20,000 nucleotides of DNA, taken from positions 3,629,599 through 3,649,598 of the forward strand of contig NW_003526944.1 of NCBI RefSeq assembly GCF_000181795.1, in the 5' to 3' direction. Below, in pieces: positions 1 through 11,165 of the stretch. This DNA comes from Trichinella spiralis. Taxonomy: Eukaryota. The notes below the pieces were generated by a model. The model saw only the letters and a program-made list of their open reading frames with translations. It was not told where the DNA came from and searched no databases. The number at the start of each line of letters is the position of its first letter. The first letter of the stretch is position 1. The position numbers were made by a program, and so were the translations under genes.

Positions 1-520
1 GTTTTTCATCCACACATATCTAACTGATTTCATGCATTTCAAGTAGATTGAAATGATTAAGAAAAAAATTCTCTTTTTTTTTCTCAATTAGCAATGAAAA
101 TTGAGAAAGACAAGCAGATTATGTGTGAGCTGTAAAAATCATTGTATAAAACTGGTGAAAATATTCATTCCAATGAACAAATCCATTTTGGAAAAATTAT
201 TAATCAATCAATTAGTTATTATTAAATTCGTGAGAATCGATTTCGCCAAAGGGACAGCTTATTTCAAAACTATTTGCTTGACAGAAAATATGAGATACAT
301 TGCATGAATATGAGACGTGATGTATTAAGGCAAACATAGGATGAAGAATTTCTTGATGTGAATAAAAACTTGTTGGAGGAGGATCGAAAGGTCTAGTTAG
401 TTATAGAAAACTGTTCTGTGAGAAAGCTTGTTTGTATTGATTCGATTTTTGACGGTGTTTGCTTTCGAATCTTTCTTCCAATCTTCTGGTGATTTGCGAG
501 TTGGCAGCACAGCTGCTAGT

Positions 521-541
521 GCTGCTGCTGCTGCTGCTGCT
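521..541. repeat. (GCT)7 microsatellite in RhoU intron 2
   Basis: Directly visible gctgctgctgctgctgctgct. Confidence 0.9.
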
Positions 542-1743
542 GTGGCTGTTGCTGCTCTCCAAAGTGATTCGAAAGAGACCTACTAGACCACTGTTGGCTC
601 GCTTATTATCCAGGCTCTTAAATTAGCATTTTCATTGCCCACCTTATCGATCGTTTCTACTGGACGCCTTACGGGCTATTCGAAGCTAATTGGAATCCGT
701 ATTCGGACAATGAGCCGTTAACGACCCGACGACGGAAGGAAACATCTGCCTTATTTTCTGTTTGGAGAAAAGATGCGAATGTGTTGCTGATTGAAAAATT
801 GACAAAACTGAAAATTTTGTTTGCAACGACATCCATCGTCTTCATCATTTTTCAACAATCCAATTTGCATTATTCCCTCTAGTCGATAAAAGTCACTCTA
901 ACAACTGCGCAAAATGGAACACAAAGTATATAAGAAGATACATACGTATATAAGAATTGTCAAAAATGGAATGCAAATTGGAAAATATTTGATTATTAGA
1001 AAAACGCCATCCATGCGTTTGCAGAAATGTCATCAGTGATTCCTTTTTAAATATACATTTATATTTGCAAACTGTTTGCAAAAATAATAATGATATTTTG
1101 CAGGAAATTAATTGCACATGTCTTACTTACAATGTGGAAATTGTAAACGGAAATGAGCGATTATTTTGTCATCGCTTTTTTAGAAACATTTTCAGTGTCA
1201 CAATCACCCTTTTGTGTGTGTTTTTGATGGTATTATTTGTGTTTATAAAGCAGTTCTTTGTTGTAAGAGGTGTTATTATATATGTAGCACGCGTGACGTA
1301 AGCTTTGTAAAATTGCTTACAACTAGGAATGGTGAAATGTTGTTCGCTTAAAGATAAGAGAAAAGAGGAGGGGGATTAATACGGGCTGCTGGACAGCATC
1401 GCTGACGAGCGCTTTTCAACTGTGCACACATCAACCGTTCGCTTTGTACACATTAAGCAGACAGTAAATTTCCGAACCAACGGCCCACTCGCATCTAGTG
1501 CAAATAGAAAATGACCTCCGGCGGCCGTGCACAGAGCAAGCAGCTGCTAGCTGAATGATAATACAACGACCCCATTTGCAGGTCAAGCTTGTCAAACGGG
1601 ACGTCTTAATTATTAACCAATGACCGACCCAGGCGGGTCGTGGAACACCCAACGTTCAGATGCGCAACTTTTCCAGCGAACGATAACGGATGTTTCTCCT
1701 ATTTCCTATTTTACGATCTAACATATGCGCATAACAAATGAAT

Positions 1744-1764
1744 AACAACAACAACAACAACAAC
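1744..1764. repeat. (AAC)7 microsatellite in RhoU intron 2
   Basis: Directly visible. Confidence 0.9.
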
Positions 1765-1894
1765 TTTAAAACATTCTTGTGCAATAAATGTAATGCTTGG
1801 TTGGTTTGCTTTTACCGTGGGAAAACAATATTTGATCACAATATTAGATGACCAAGTTAATAAAATAAAATAAAATAAACCGATTCTTTCTTAC

Positions 1895-3986
1895 CTGACC
1901 CGCAGTATCGCACAGTTGTAATCGAATTGGCTGATCGTTAACCGTTACGTGTACTAAAAAATAAAAATAAAAAAATTGTAGTAAATCCATATATATATTT
2001 ATATTTATATCTACATAATGCATGTATGTATTAATGGGTTCGTGTGAGATGTTGACAGAAAGGGATAGATGGATGTTGGTTGCTGAAGTCTAGCCAAATA
2101 TCATCTCATTTAAAGCAATTGTAGCCTTTAAATTGTGAATCTAGTTTTTTTTCCATTCACAACACTTGACATACAATCCAATCGCGCAATCTTTGATCTT
2201 CCTGTGTCCATAAATGTAGTACACAGTAGTAAAATGAATTTCAAACAAGAAACAGTGAAGAATAGCGTAAACTGATTTGAGAAAAAAAATTAATTTCATT
2301 TCTTATAAATTCCACCCCCTCTCACCCCACTCAGTAGAAAGGTATGTGCGTTTTTTGTCAACATCTATACAATGTCAGGCATATTAGTTTGTCCACATCT
2401 TTCTACTGTCATAAGATTAGAACATTTTCTGATGCAAATAATAAATCGATGACCAGTTAATTTTGTAGGTAAATTTTAGTGATAACAGCTGTACTGGAAA
2501 TTCCATTTTGTTTGAACTCCATTACACAATCGGTTTGCTATTTTAATGTCATTTTATCTGCCCTTATGCAAACACATTCCTTGATGTAATCTTCAACTGT
2601 GAGAAAAGCTTTTGGAGCGTTGTATGTCATTTTCGCGCGCAAATTAAACAATTGCCAATTGTTGAAAAGGTGCAAAAGTAACAATAAGCCGAGGTCGGCT
2701 GTGAAAACAGTTTTATCAGTCAGTCATTCAATCTGTTGACAATATCTATTACAAAAGAGCGGGAGAAGTGGTTGAGAAGAATATTTGAAGACAGGCCGTT
2801 CACAAAATGTTACAGCATTATTTTCCACTGTAGTAGAAATTTACATAGCTAGCAGTTAGAGTTTATGACGCGTAGGATGATGCTAGGCTGAAAGAGATGA
2901 TTGAAAAAGAGAGAGAGAGAAATATTTATTATAAGTACAGTAGATGATGCGAGTATGATGGGTGATATTTCCGCTAAGCTCTCAGCCTTGGGCATACCCT
3001 TCCTGTTTTTAATGTCATTGTTTGTGTAAATTAGTCATCAGTGAAACTTTTTACATGCTTAATCACAAGTCATTCATTGACTGGCATCATCATCATCATC
3101 ATCATTAACTTGACTGCTAGATGATAAGTAAAATGGTGGTAGCCGAAAAAAAAACAAGAAAAAATAAAACCTCCTCACGGATTTTCTAAGCGACATATTT
3201 TCAACCAATAATAAATAATATGCAATCTTGAGAATGAAATTTGCTTGGAATAAAATGTCTGGTTTGAAAAACCGGCAGATGTGTTTGTTTGAGATGAAAT
3301 TGCGTCTCGCTGATTTTATCATTCAACCAATGCAAACAATGCTTGGCCGTGTGTTGGAGAGTTGTGGCAGCAGCCGTATTTCAAGAGACACGCCGCTTGC
3401 ATCAGACAGTTGTGCTTTGAAAAAATTGCGTCATCCTTTTTACCAGCAATACTTGGCAGCACAGTTTTCAAGTGGTTGACACCACCTGCTCGATGGACAG
3501 ACTATTTATAGTATTATTTAAATTTTCACATTTAAAAAAGAGAGCAAGAAAAATTATTAATAATAACTCTGAGGGGAATTTAATGTAAAGGGAAAAGAAT
3601 CAGTACATGCTAACTTGTTGTTGTTGACCAAATTTGGTAAACAACAACAGTATCACGTGTACTGGTTTTTTTGGAAGCTATTCAAACATGCTACACACAA
3701 CAACAACAACTACCACCACTGTTACACTGCTGGAAAGCAATTTGTGGAATTCTTTTTTTTAACTTTTACTTTCTTCGACAATTGATTGTTTCAAAGAAAA
3801 AATCCACTTACCAGAGTAGTTGTCAAAAGCGGTTGGCACGTATTCTTGTGGATAACCGTTGGTTGTGTAGCTGACAATGAGGCTTGTTTTACCCACGGCA
3901 CCGTCGCCCACGAGAACGCATTTGATTGGCGGTACCGATGGATCATCCGTATGAAATGACGAAGCCAGTGGTCCTTTGCCGTTCAT
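1895..3986 (-). CDS. RhoU: Rho-family small GTPase of the RhoU/RhoV (Wrch-1/Chp; C. elegans chw-1-like) subfamily, 5' part only (coding exons 3986-3812 and 1953-1895; remaining exons probably left of the window)
   Basis: Spliced translation [78 protein letters not shown]. It has the P-loop GDGAVGKT, switch [11 protein letters not shown] and G3 CDTAGQ. YTTNGYP, TAFDN and LQLCDTAGQ are typical of RhoU/V rather than Cdc42/Rac (WDTAGQ). GTAAG donors follow 3812 and 1895, a TTTTAG acceptor precedes 1953, and the phase-1 junction G|TA keeps the frame. An in-frame TGA at 4001-3999 makes the ATG at 3986 the likely start. I found no matching third exon in 1-1894. Confidence 0.92.
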
Positions 3987-4130
3987 TCTTGTCAATAATC
4001 ACAATGGTGGCTTTTCAACGGGAGGAAAAGCCAAAAACAACAAGCTGTTTGGTGATGATGCTTATGGTTGGTTGTAATGGTCGTGGTGAGGAGAAGGTGA
4101 AGGTGGATGTGGAGGAAAAAATTGGCAGAA

Positions 4131-4268
4131 ACAGCAGCAAACAAGAAAGAAGTAAACAGCAAACAGCGGCAGCAGCAACAACAACAACAACCACGACGAC
4201 GGCAGCGGCAACAAGCAGCAGCAGCGGGAACAGCAGTAGTTGCAGTAACAAGCAGTGGCGGCAGCAGT
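4131..4268. repeat. Low-complexity CAG/CAA/GCA-type trinucleotide tract in the probable 5' UTR of the RhoU-like gene
   Basis: Runs such as cagcggcagcagcaacaacaacaacaaccacgacgacggcagcggcaacaagcagcagcagc. They account for the poly-Q/T/A/C/V ORFs in the ORF track. Confidence 0.8.
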
Positions 4269-4439
4269 GTTGTTTTATCCAGGCAAATTAAACCTGGCAA
4301 ATTGTTAATTTGAAACAAAAAATTAACAAAAGTGAATTTTCAAAATGTGACAAAGCAATAGCTAAATTCAGCTAGTTGGTCTAGCTGTGTGATAGAATGG
4401 AAAAAATATTATTAATAAATAAAATGACAGACAGAAGCA

Positions 4440-4980
4440 AAATCGACAGCAAGGCGGCGGCGACCTGCTTGTGTCACATACACACACAATGACTGACTCG
4501 ATGGCCTGCTAATTCGGCGGCTGACGTGTTGAAAAAGTTACGCTTGGCCACTTCAGAGCGGCGGTTCCAACAGACCAATCGGCTTACGCGTAGGCGAGTC
4601 GCCTGGCGCCCCCTGCAGGGCTCCGCTGTGGCTTTGTGTTCAGTGGTTCGGTTGGGAAATTTGCTTGCCGGTCCAGGGCCAGTGTTCTACTAATCCACTG
4701 GTCACGTCTCGACTGTGCTTGTTGTCCGAGTTTGGAAAAAAAAGCGACTCGTGTCCACTTTTGTCCACTGCTTGTGCCGGACGCGTCCGTGGCGCCGAAC
4801 CGGCGCCGCTCTTCTTATCGGTCGGTCAACATACCCCAGCAATAAGCCACAGTGGATCATCGTGAATCTGTTTTCATTGGCTTTGGCTTTTTTGCCCTTT
4901 CTCAGCACGACTGTCGGTCATCGGTCATTGTTGAACAATGGCCCCCAATTCTCACATTGCCCGTAAACACGCGCGGCTTT
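4440..4980. promoter_or_regulatory. GC/CpG-rich block upstream of the RhoU-like gene, probable promoter region
   Basis: Clearly more GC-rich than its AT-rich flanks, with many CpGs and a CCAAT at 4575-4579. It lies 0.5-1 kb upstream of the RhoU ATG. None of the overlapping ORFs resembles a known protein. Confidence 0.45.
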
Positions 4981-7867
4981 TGTGAAGATAATCTTCAAGC
5001 TTACCTTTTTGATACAAGCTCGATATGGATCATCATCACATAACCGAATTAATCGCCGGGAATATTTTTGATTGAATTTTATTACAAATTACTACTAGAC
5101 CAAGTATTATTTATTGTCAATGATCATACCAATGACATTGTGACATTTGTTTCCGGACAATTAATTATAATTAATTATAATATTTGTTTAATTACAATTA
5201 ACTGAATCGGTTTTACTTTGTTTTCACGTGAATTATTAATATGAATATTGATAAATGATACTGAAAGTTCTTAAATATTCCATATTATGCGTGATGATAC
5301 TTGTCACGGGGTGGAGTGTTACGTTCAAAAAAATAAAAATTGTAATTTTCACTTTCTATCTAGCATCGCTACGCACGTATGTTTATTTTTCGCTGTGTTT
5401 CTGATATTTCGCTGAATATGTTAGCTTGTCAGTCAATGTTGTGAGCATTTATGGAATGAGCAGTACTTTTTGTACCAAGTGAATGGAAAAGTAGTTTTTA
5501 CAATTGTGATCTTGTTGATTTTTTTTTCAAGGAAAGAATTTATTTATATTATAAAATATTTAAATATGGAAAAAAATAGATTGTTGGTAATTTTACAGTT
5601 TTTGTTTGAAAATCATGGTGTGAAAAAACTAAGCATGATAATATGTTACTCTGACGTTTGTCAGAAAGTCGAAGTTGATGAGGGGTGGACAAGAGGTTAG
5701 TGGGAGGCAAGCATGGAGAAAGGTAACAGTGACTATAAATATTTAAATTATATATCCAAGATGTAATAACGTATGTTTGTTTGTAATATCTTAACTTCAA
5801 TATTGTAAAGGTTGTAGTGATACAGTTCGAAATTAATATAATTAGCAATATGAAACACAGAATTGAAAATATTGTTATTTTTAAGGGGTTTATGCTTTCA
5901 ATTTCGCAGCTCTATTTGCGTTAGAATTTAAGCATGAATATTTCATCGACGATTGTATTGACTTGATTTTTCGATTGACGAAATAAAAATAAAACGATCC
6001 TAACTTTTTGCCAATTTCTACATATCAGTGATCAATTCCAATGTTCACAGCATGTGCGTGTTGCAAGTTGGGAATTTTAGATTTTCACGAAAATCGATTG
6101 GCACTTCAGACGGCTTTTACCGTCTGTAAACAAAAATATATTTAAATAAAGTTTGACAGAATAAACAATTCACATTGGATGTGTTGATTTATTTATTTAT
6201 TTACTGTTACTGTTTTTTCTTTAATTTAAAATTCATTTCAAAGCGCATCATCCTGCGTGAGATGACGTGAAATGTTGTCTGAGGACGCGATTGAAATTTC
6301 AAATTTCCCAGATTAACCACCTGACAGATCCATGCACGCCAGCAAGCATGGAACAAGCTTCTTGTAAAATGATGCGCAATTGTCGGCGGTGGATTTGAAT
6401 TTCAATAGGTTCAGTCTTTGATGACTTGATGAAATTTCAGCTTGTCATTTTGATCAATAACGAGACAAGGAAAAGCTGAACAAAAAAAATAAAAGAAAAA
6501 GTAATTAGCAAACTCTCGTAGCAGTTTCCTTATTATATATGTGTAATTTGTGGGATATAAAAAGCAGAAATGTTTTTAACGATGAAATTATTTACTCTTT
6601 TTTTTCATTATGATTTTAGTTGCAAAGTTTTGATTTGATTTATTGATACTTGGGTCCAATGAATTTTTCCAACAATACATTATGATATGTTGAAATAAAA
6701 AAATTTTTTTCTAGAGGGGTAGCTGCATGAGGGGTGAAAAGGAGAGGAGTGCCAGGCGGCATACATATAGCAGCTGTAGAAATTGATTATTTGCTTTATA
6801 TATATATATTTATTTATATTTATCTGACAATATCATTCTCTTCATAGCAGTAGGAAATGTTGAGAAAACAGAAATTCAATTGTTCCATTTCAAGTATTTC
6901 AAGGGATATATTTTGAGTAATTGAAAAATTTGTATTTTTGAACAGGCAAATTGTACTGAACACGCTTTGAACAATTTGCGTCACTTTTGTGTGTTTTGTT
7001 CCAAGAAATATATAGGGCAGGGAAGAATGAAATTTAAATGAAATGGTTGTTCAACGTTCAAACTTGGTCAACAGCGAGGAAATCATTTCCATTGTTCTAT
7101 TTGTGAAGAATGTCGAACCTTTTTCTATTCATGCAAATTGTCCATCCCCTTGTATTATTCGAAATAATTCACCAACGTCTGCCGGTTCACCAGGTTTTGC
7201 CACTCGACTTTCAAACACGTTGATAATGGTTTTTTCTTTTTGTTTTTATGCTATTTTATTCTTATGATTTTTTTTAAATGAACTTTTAAGTCTTTAAAAT
7301 ACATTGTATTGTTGTGTTCTTATTTTTTCTTAAAAAAGTTTTCAGTTCGCATATTATCTTGATGTAAAAGTGCTAAATTGGGAAGGCTTAATTGAAAACT
7401 TGTACATCAAAATGTTTTCTTTATCTGAACAATATTAGTCATTTGAATTTTTATTTTTATTTTGGAAAATTTCATAAAAGCATGTGTAGAAAATGGTGGA
7501 ATTTTTTTTATTCACTTCCCAAATCAATCAACAGGGGTTTTAGGTTTTTAAAGTTTGGTTAAATTGTAAAACAAAAAAAAATATATGTATGCAAAGTAAG
7601 TTTTTGAGGAAAAGTTTCACTGAAAGAAAAGTTGATCTCATTTGCGATTGAAACTCTCTCGAAACAGGTGACTAATTGCTCATTTATTGCTAACATTATT
7701 CATGCTCAGTTTTAAGTTTGATTTTTTCTTTCCTCACTCATAATTGTTATCTAGCTTCACAAGTTGTCATCATTCAAGCACGTCAGTTGTTCAAAAAATT
7801 TTGCTTTTTTTATTTTTTAAATGTTTCCAATATACAAATTTATTTATTCATTTATATTCACCGGTTG

Positions 7868-7889
7868 ATATATATATATATATATATAT
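7868..7889. repeat. (AT)11 microsatellite
   Basis: Directly visible. Confidence 0.9.
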
Positions 7890-9784
7890 GTATAATATAA
7901 GTGAAGTGCGTTTATTGATGTTCCTGCACAAGTCAATTGGCAAACTGGGACCGTCAGTCGAAGAAGATGGATTGCCAGGCATCTTATGCTATATGAGGTG
8001 TATCTTTGTGATAGGAGAATATGGAAATTTATGAAATTGCAGCAGTTGACTGACTGACAGTCAGCAAATTGAGCATATTAAATGCAGCTGAATTAAGGTG
8101 TGCTTGCGACATTCAAATTCAAATACATATATACTCTGCATTTTTGGAAAATTTCTTTTTATGATCGATTTTTGATATTCATTATTAAATTAATATTTCA
8201 TTTGAATTTTAATCCAATTTGTACAGATGCATTGCTTGATTGATGATATAATCAGGAATATTTTGCTTCTTTTTTTTCATAATGAAGCGATAATAAATTG
8301 ACACCACAGATTATTCTGCTGATGCTTTGTCAGGTTTTTCTTTTACAATTGCAATGAGTTGAAATTTATCTAAAAGTATATCTTTTCACACTGACTAAAC
8401 TGATAATGCTTGGGAAAAAAAAGATTTTGTTATTCTCTTGACGGAAGAAATAGAGAAAGAATTTCTAATTTATTCTACATTTATTTAATTAATCATTTTA
8501 AAAGTGAACAACTATATATGGAATTTTAAATTTGCCGTCCCGTCGTTTAAATATCACACATATTATATTGTTGCTGAAATTATTTTATATTTTACAGAGA
8601 GAAAATGAGAGTAGTTTTATTGATTAAATTTAAAAAAAATTGGATAATTTTTTTCACTGGTCATCAGATGATTAGAATATTTTACTTGTGAAATGCTACA
8701 AACAAACAGATGACAATAGCATGTTTGTGTTTGGTATAAGTTGATTTTTAAGAAAATTAAATTGAATAATGAAAGTAGATTTCATTTGTAAAATGAAAAA
8801 ATTCGGCAAGTAAGAAAATTTTTTACATTTCCGATTGTTAACATTTCTGTTTAGTAATGATTTATGTATAGCGTTTGAATCGTATATTGTACAAAAGAAG
8901 GCATTTGTTATTCAAATGGGATTAGCAGTGTAAAATGGTAAATCAGTATATTTATTTGTCACTTTGATACTGTTAGATCTTTGAAGTTTTCAATTTGTAC
9001 CGTATTGAGTTATAATTTTTTTTGTTTTCAATTATGATTATGATTATGATTATTATTTGTTGAAAATAATTCACTGATTGAGCATTGAATTGAGCCAAGC
9101 AAAATGAGACATGTTAAATAAAATATAGGTTGAAATGTATTCCCTGTAGAAGAGAACATTAAATGCATATCAGAGAAAGATTGACGTTGCCAAAGAATCC
9201 GTTTTTCCGTTGTGCCGTTCTGTTTCATTTTATGGCTTAATTTTGGACAGCTGTCATCTTGTAAACTATAAACTATGCTCTAATGTTTGATGTGATGATG
9301 TTTGGAGTATAATTTAAAGTTATTGACTTTCTCATCGACAGATTTCATCTATTTTATCAAACATGATATATACTCGGATGAAAATTCGAGTGGGATTTTT
9401 TGTTTTCTTCCAGTAGATGATGTAAGATTAAATTTTAACATAATCAAATGAAGCGTCGCTTATTGGTCAAAGCATTATTCTATTGATTTCATTGACCAGA
9501 ATAGTTGAAAAATGAAAACGACACTAATTCGGCAATGCTTGAACTTTCTTCGGTCACACGGGTTTAAGGTGAAGTTTGAAAATATAAAATTTCTCATCCG
9601 AGTCGGTCCCGTTATTTGGAACATATAAAATTGCTAGCAGTTTATTTGAAAAATTTCAATCTCATAATAAATATTAAATTTACATTAAAATAAAAATATT
9701 CTGTGTAAATATCAAAGAAAATATTGAATATCCTTTTTTTGCAAGGCGGAACTGTTCAGTTTGATGGAAAATCTTGTTTCATTG

Positions 9785-10710
9785 CTATGTGAAAATGTTG
9801 TTGCAGGACATGTTCGGTCGTTTGCATCTAAAATAGCATAAAAGCGATAACTCGACGACAATGGAACATAATCGGAAATTTAAGAAATTTAAATTTAAAT
9901 GAATTAATGATATTTTTAAAAAAAGTTTTTTTTTCGAACGCTCCTCGAAAAACGTTTCTTACGAAATGGTTCTTCAAAAAATGTTCTCTTGTTATGGTAT
10001 TTATTTTAAAAAGACAACTTTAATGTTATTATTTATTAAAAAAAGATTATTTAATTAGAATCAATGAAAATTCGGAAATAATTTAATATTCAGATGCTTG
10101 AATCAATCATTTATTAATTTGAAAATTAAAATTGAATAAGATAATTAATTGATTAGTTTCTGAACTTGTAAGTCGTGAAGTGAAATTATAGCTGAGCGCT
10201 TACCGTCTGCATTTGCAGTTTTCCGCTTCCAAATAATGGTAATATTTTGTCATTGGTTCCACATCGTCATCACAATTTGTCAGCTCTGCTGTTTGTCGTT
10301 TTTTCTTGACATAAGTGCACACTACATTTTTCCATGTTGAATATGGAAATTCATGCGTTCCAATCTGCAGAAACATGTATAAAATTTAAGCATTTAAAAT
10401 AAACACATAAATTCTTCAACAAATTCTATCGTTTTAATTATTTTCTTTTAATTTTTACGTTCACCATAGTTAATTCGATGAAATATTTATTGCTTAAAAA
10501 TTATTAGCAGCATATCACCTCTGACGTGTCACATGTACCGTAACAGGCGTAGGTGCTGACCATTCCACGGCATTGCTTTCCATTTGAATCTTGCTTCACT
10601 GCGGTGAAATTATACTGTCGTACTTGACAACGTGGAGGCTTATCACCGTGAATGGTGGTCTTGATTACAATTAGCAGTGTCAGAATTGTGTAGCTTGAGA
10701 ATAGTATCAT
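9785..10710 (-). CDS. GPB5: Glycoprotein hormone beta-5 (thyrostimulin beta / GPB5)-like secreted cystine-knot protein, copy B, 131 aa; exons 10710-10519, 10364-10204, 9827-9785
   Basis: Spliced protein MILFSSYTILTLLIVIKTTIHGDKPPRCQVRQYNFTAVKQDSNGKQCRGMVSTYACYGTCDTSE|IGTHEFPYSTWKNVVCTYVKKKRQTAELTNCDDDVEPMTKYYHYLEAENCKCRR|CKRPNMSCNNIFT*. It has a hydrophobic signal peptide and 10 Cys spaced C-18-C-8-CxGxC-19-C-14-C-18-CxCxxC-6-C. The motifs CxGxCDxSEI..FPY and YxYxEAxxCxCxxC are those of protostome GPB5. GT-AG introns of phase 0 and 2 keep the frame to a TAG at 9787-9785. Confidence 0.92.
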
Positions 10711-11165
10711 TGTCAAAGCAAGCAGGCGAAACGTTTTCTGCCTGGAGGGATTATTATTGCAGTACGCGTACTTGCTTATTATTTAGTCGAGCTATATGAT
10801 CACACTTCTTGCTATTACGAATGTAGCATTTCATCTCTTCGTGTGAAATTATTAATTATTTAAAAACATAAGAATGTTTTTACTTTGAAAATTAATTTTT
10901 TATACTTCCACATTTCAGATTATATAAATAAGCATTTATTTATTTATTTATTTATATTCGTGTGTTTGCAAATAGGAAGTGGAAATATCACATGGTAACT
11001 AGATGTATGTGTTGTGTGTGGGTGTGGGTGTGGTTGGCGTGATTTACTGTTAAATTGCTTGCTTTTTGAAGTGGATTGCCAAAGTGTAACTTTGTAAATT
11101 ATAATTCATTAATAATTATATTATTCAACGATTTGCTTGTGTATTGAACGGCGTAGTATTTGCTG

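Noticed and set aside
3926..4318. Four overlapping ORFs with poly-Q/T/A/C/V runs
   Set aside because: Explained by the trinucleotide low-complexity tract in the RhoU 5' region; no domain similarity.
4636..5043. Cluster of short ORFs on both strands
   Set aside because: Expected from local GC richness (few stop codons); no recognisable protein or splice pattern.
6320..6476. Minus-strand segment bounded by a good polypyrimidine-CAG acceptor and a GT
   Set aside because: All three frames hit stops, and I could not link any upstream exon.
7043..7267. 74-aa ORF and a coding-looking antisense frame
   Set aside because: No motif, an internal stop on the minus strand, and no consistent splice sites.
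9372..9603. 10-bp inverted repeat ACTCGGATGA...TCATCCGAGT about 230 bp apart (possible MITE)
   Set aside because: Too short, no target-site duplication, and no second copy in the window.
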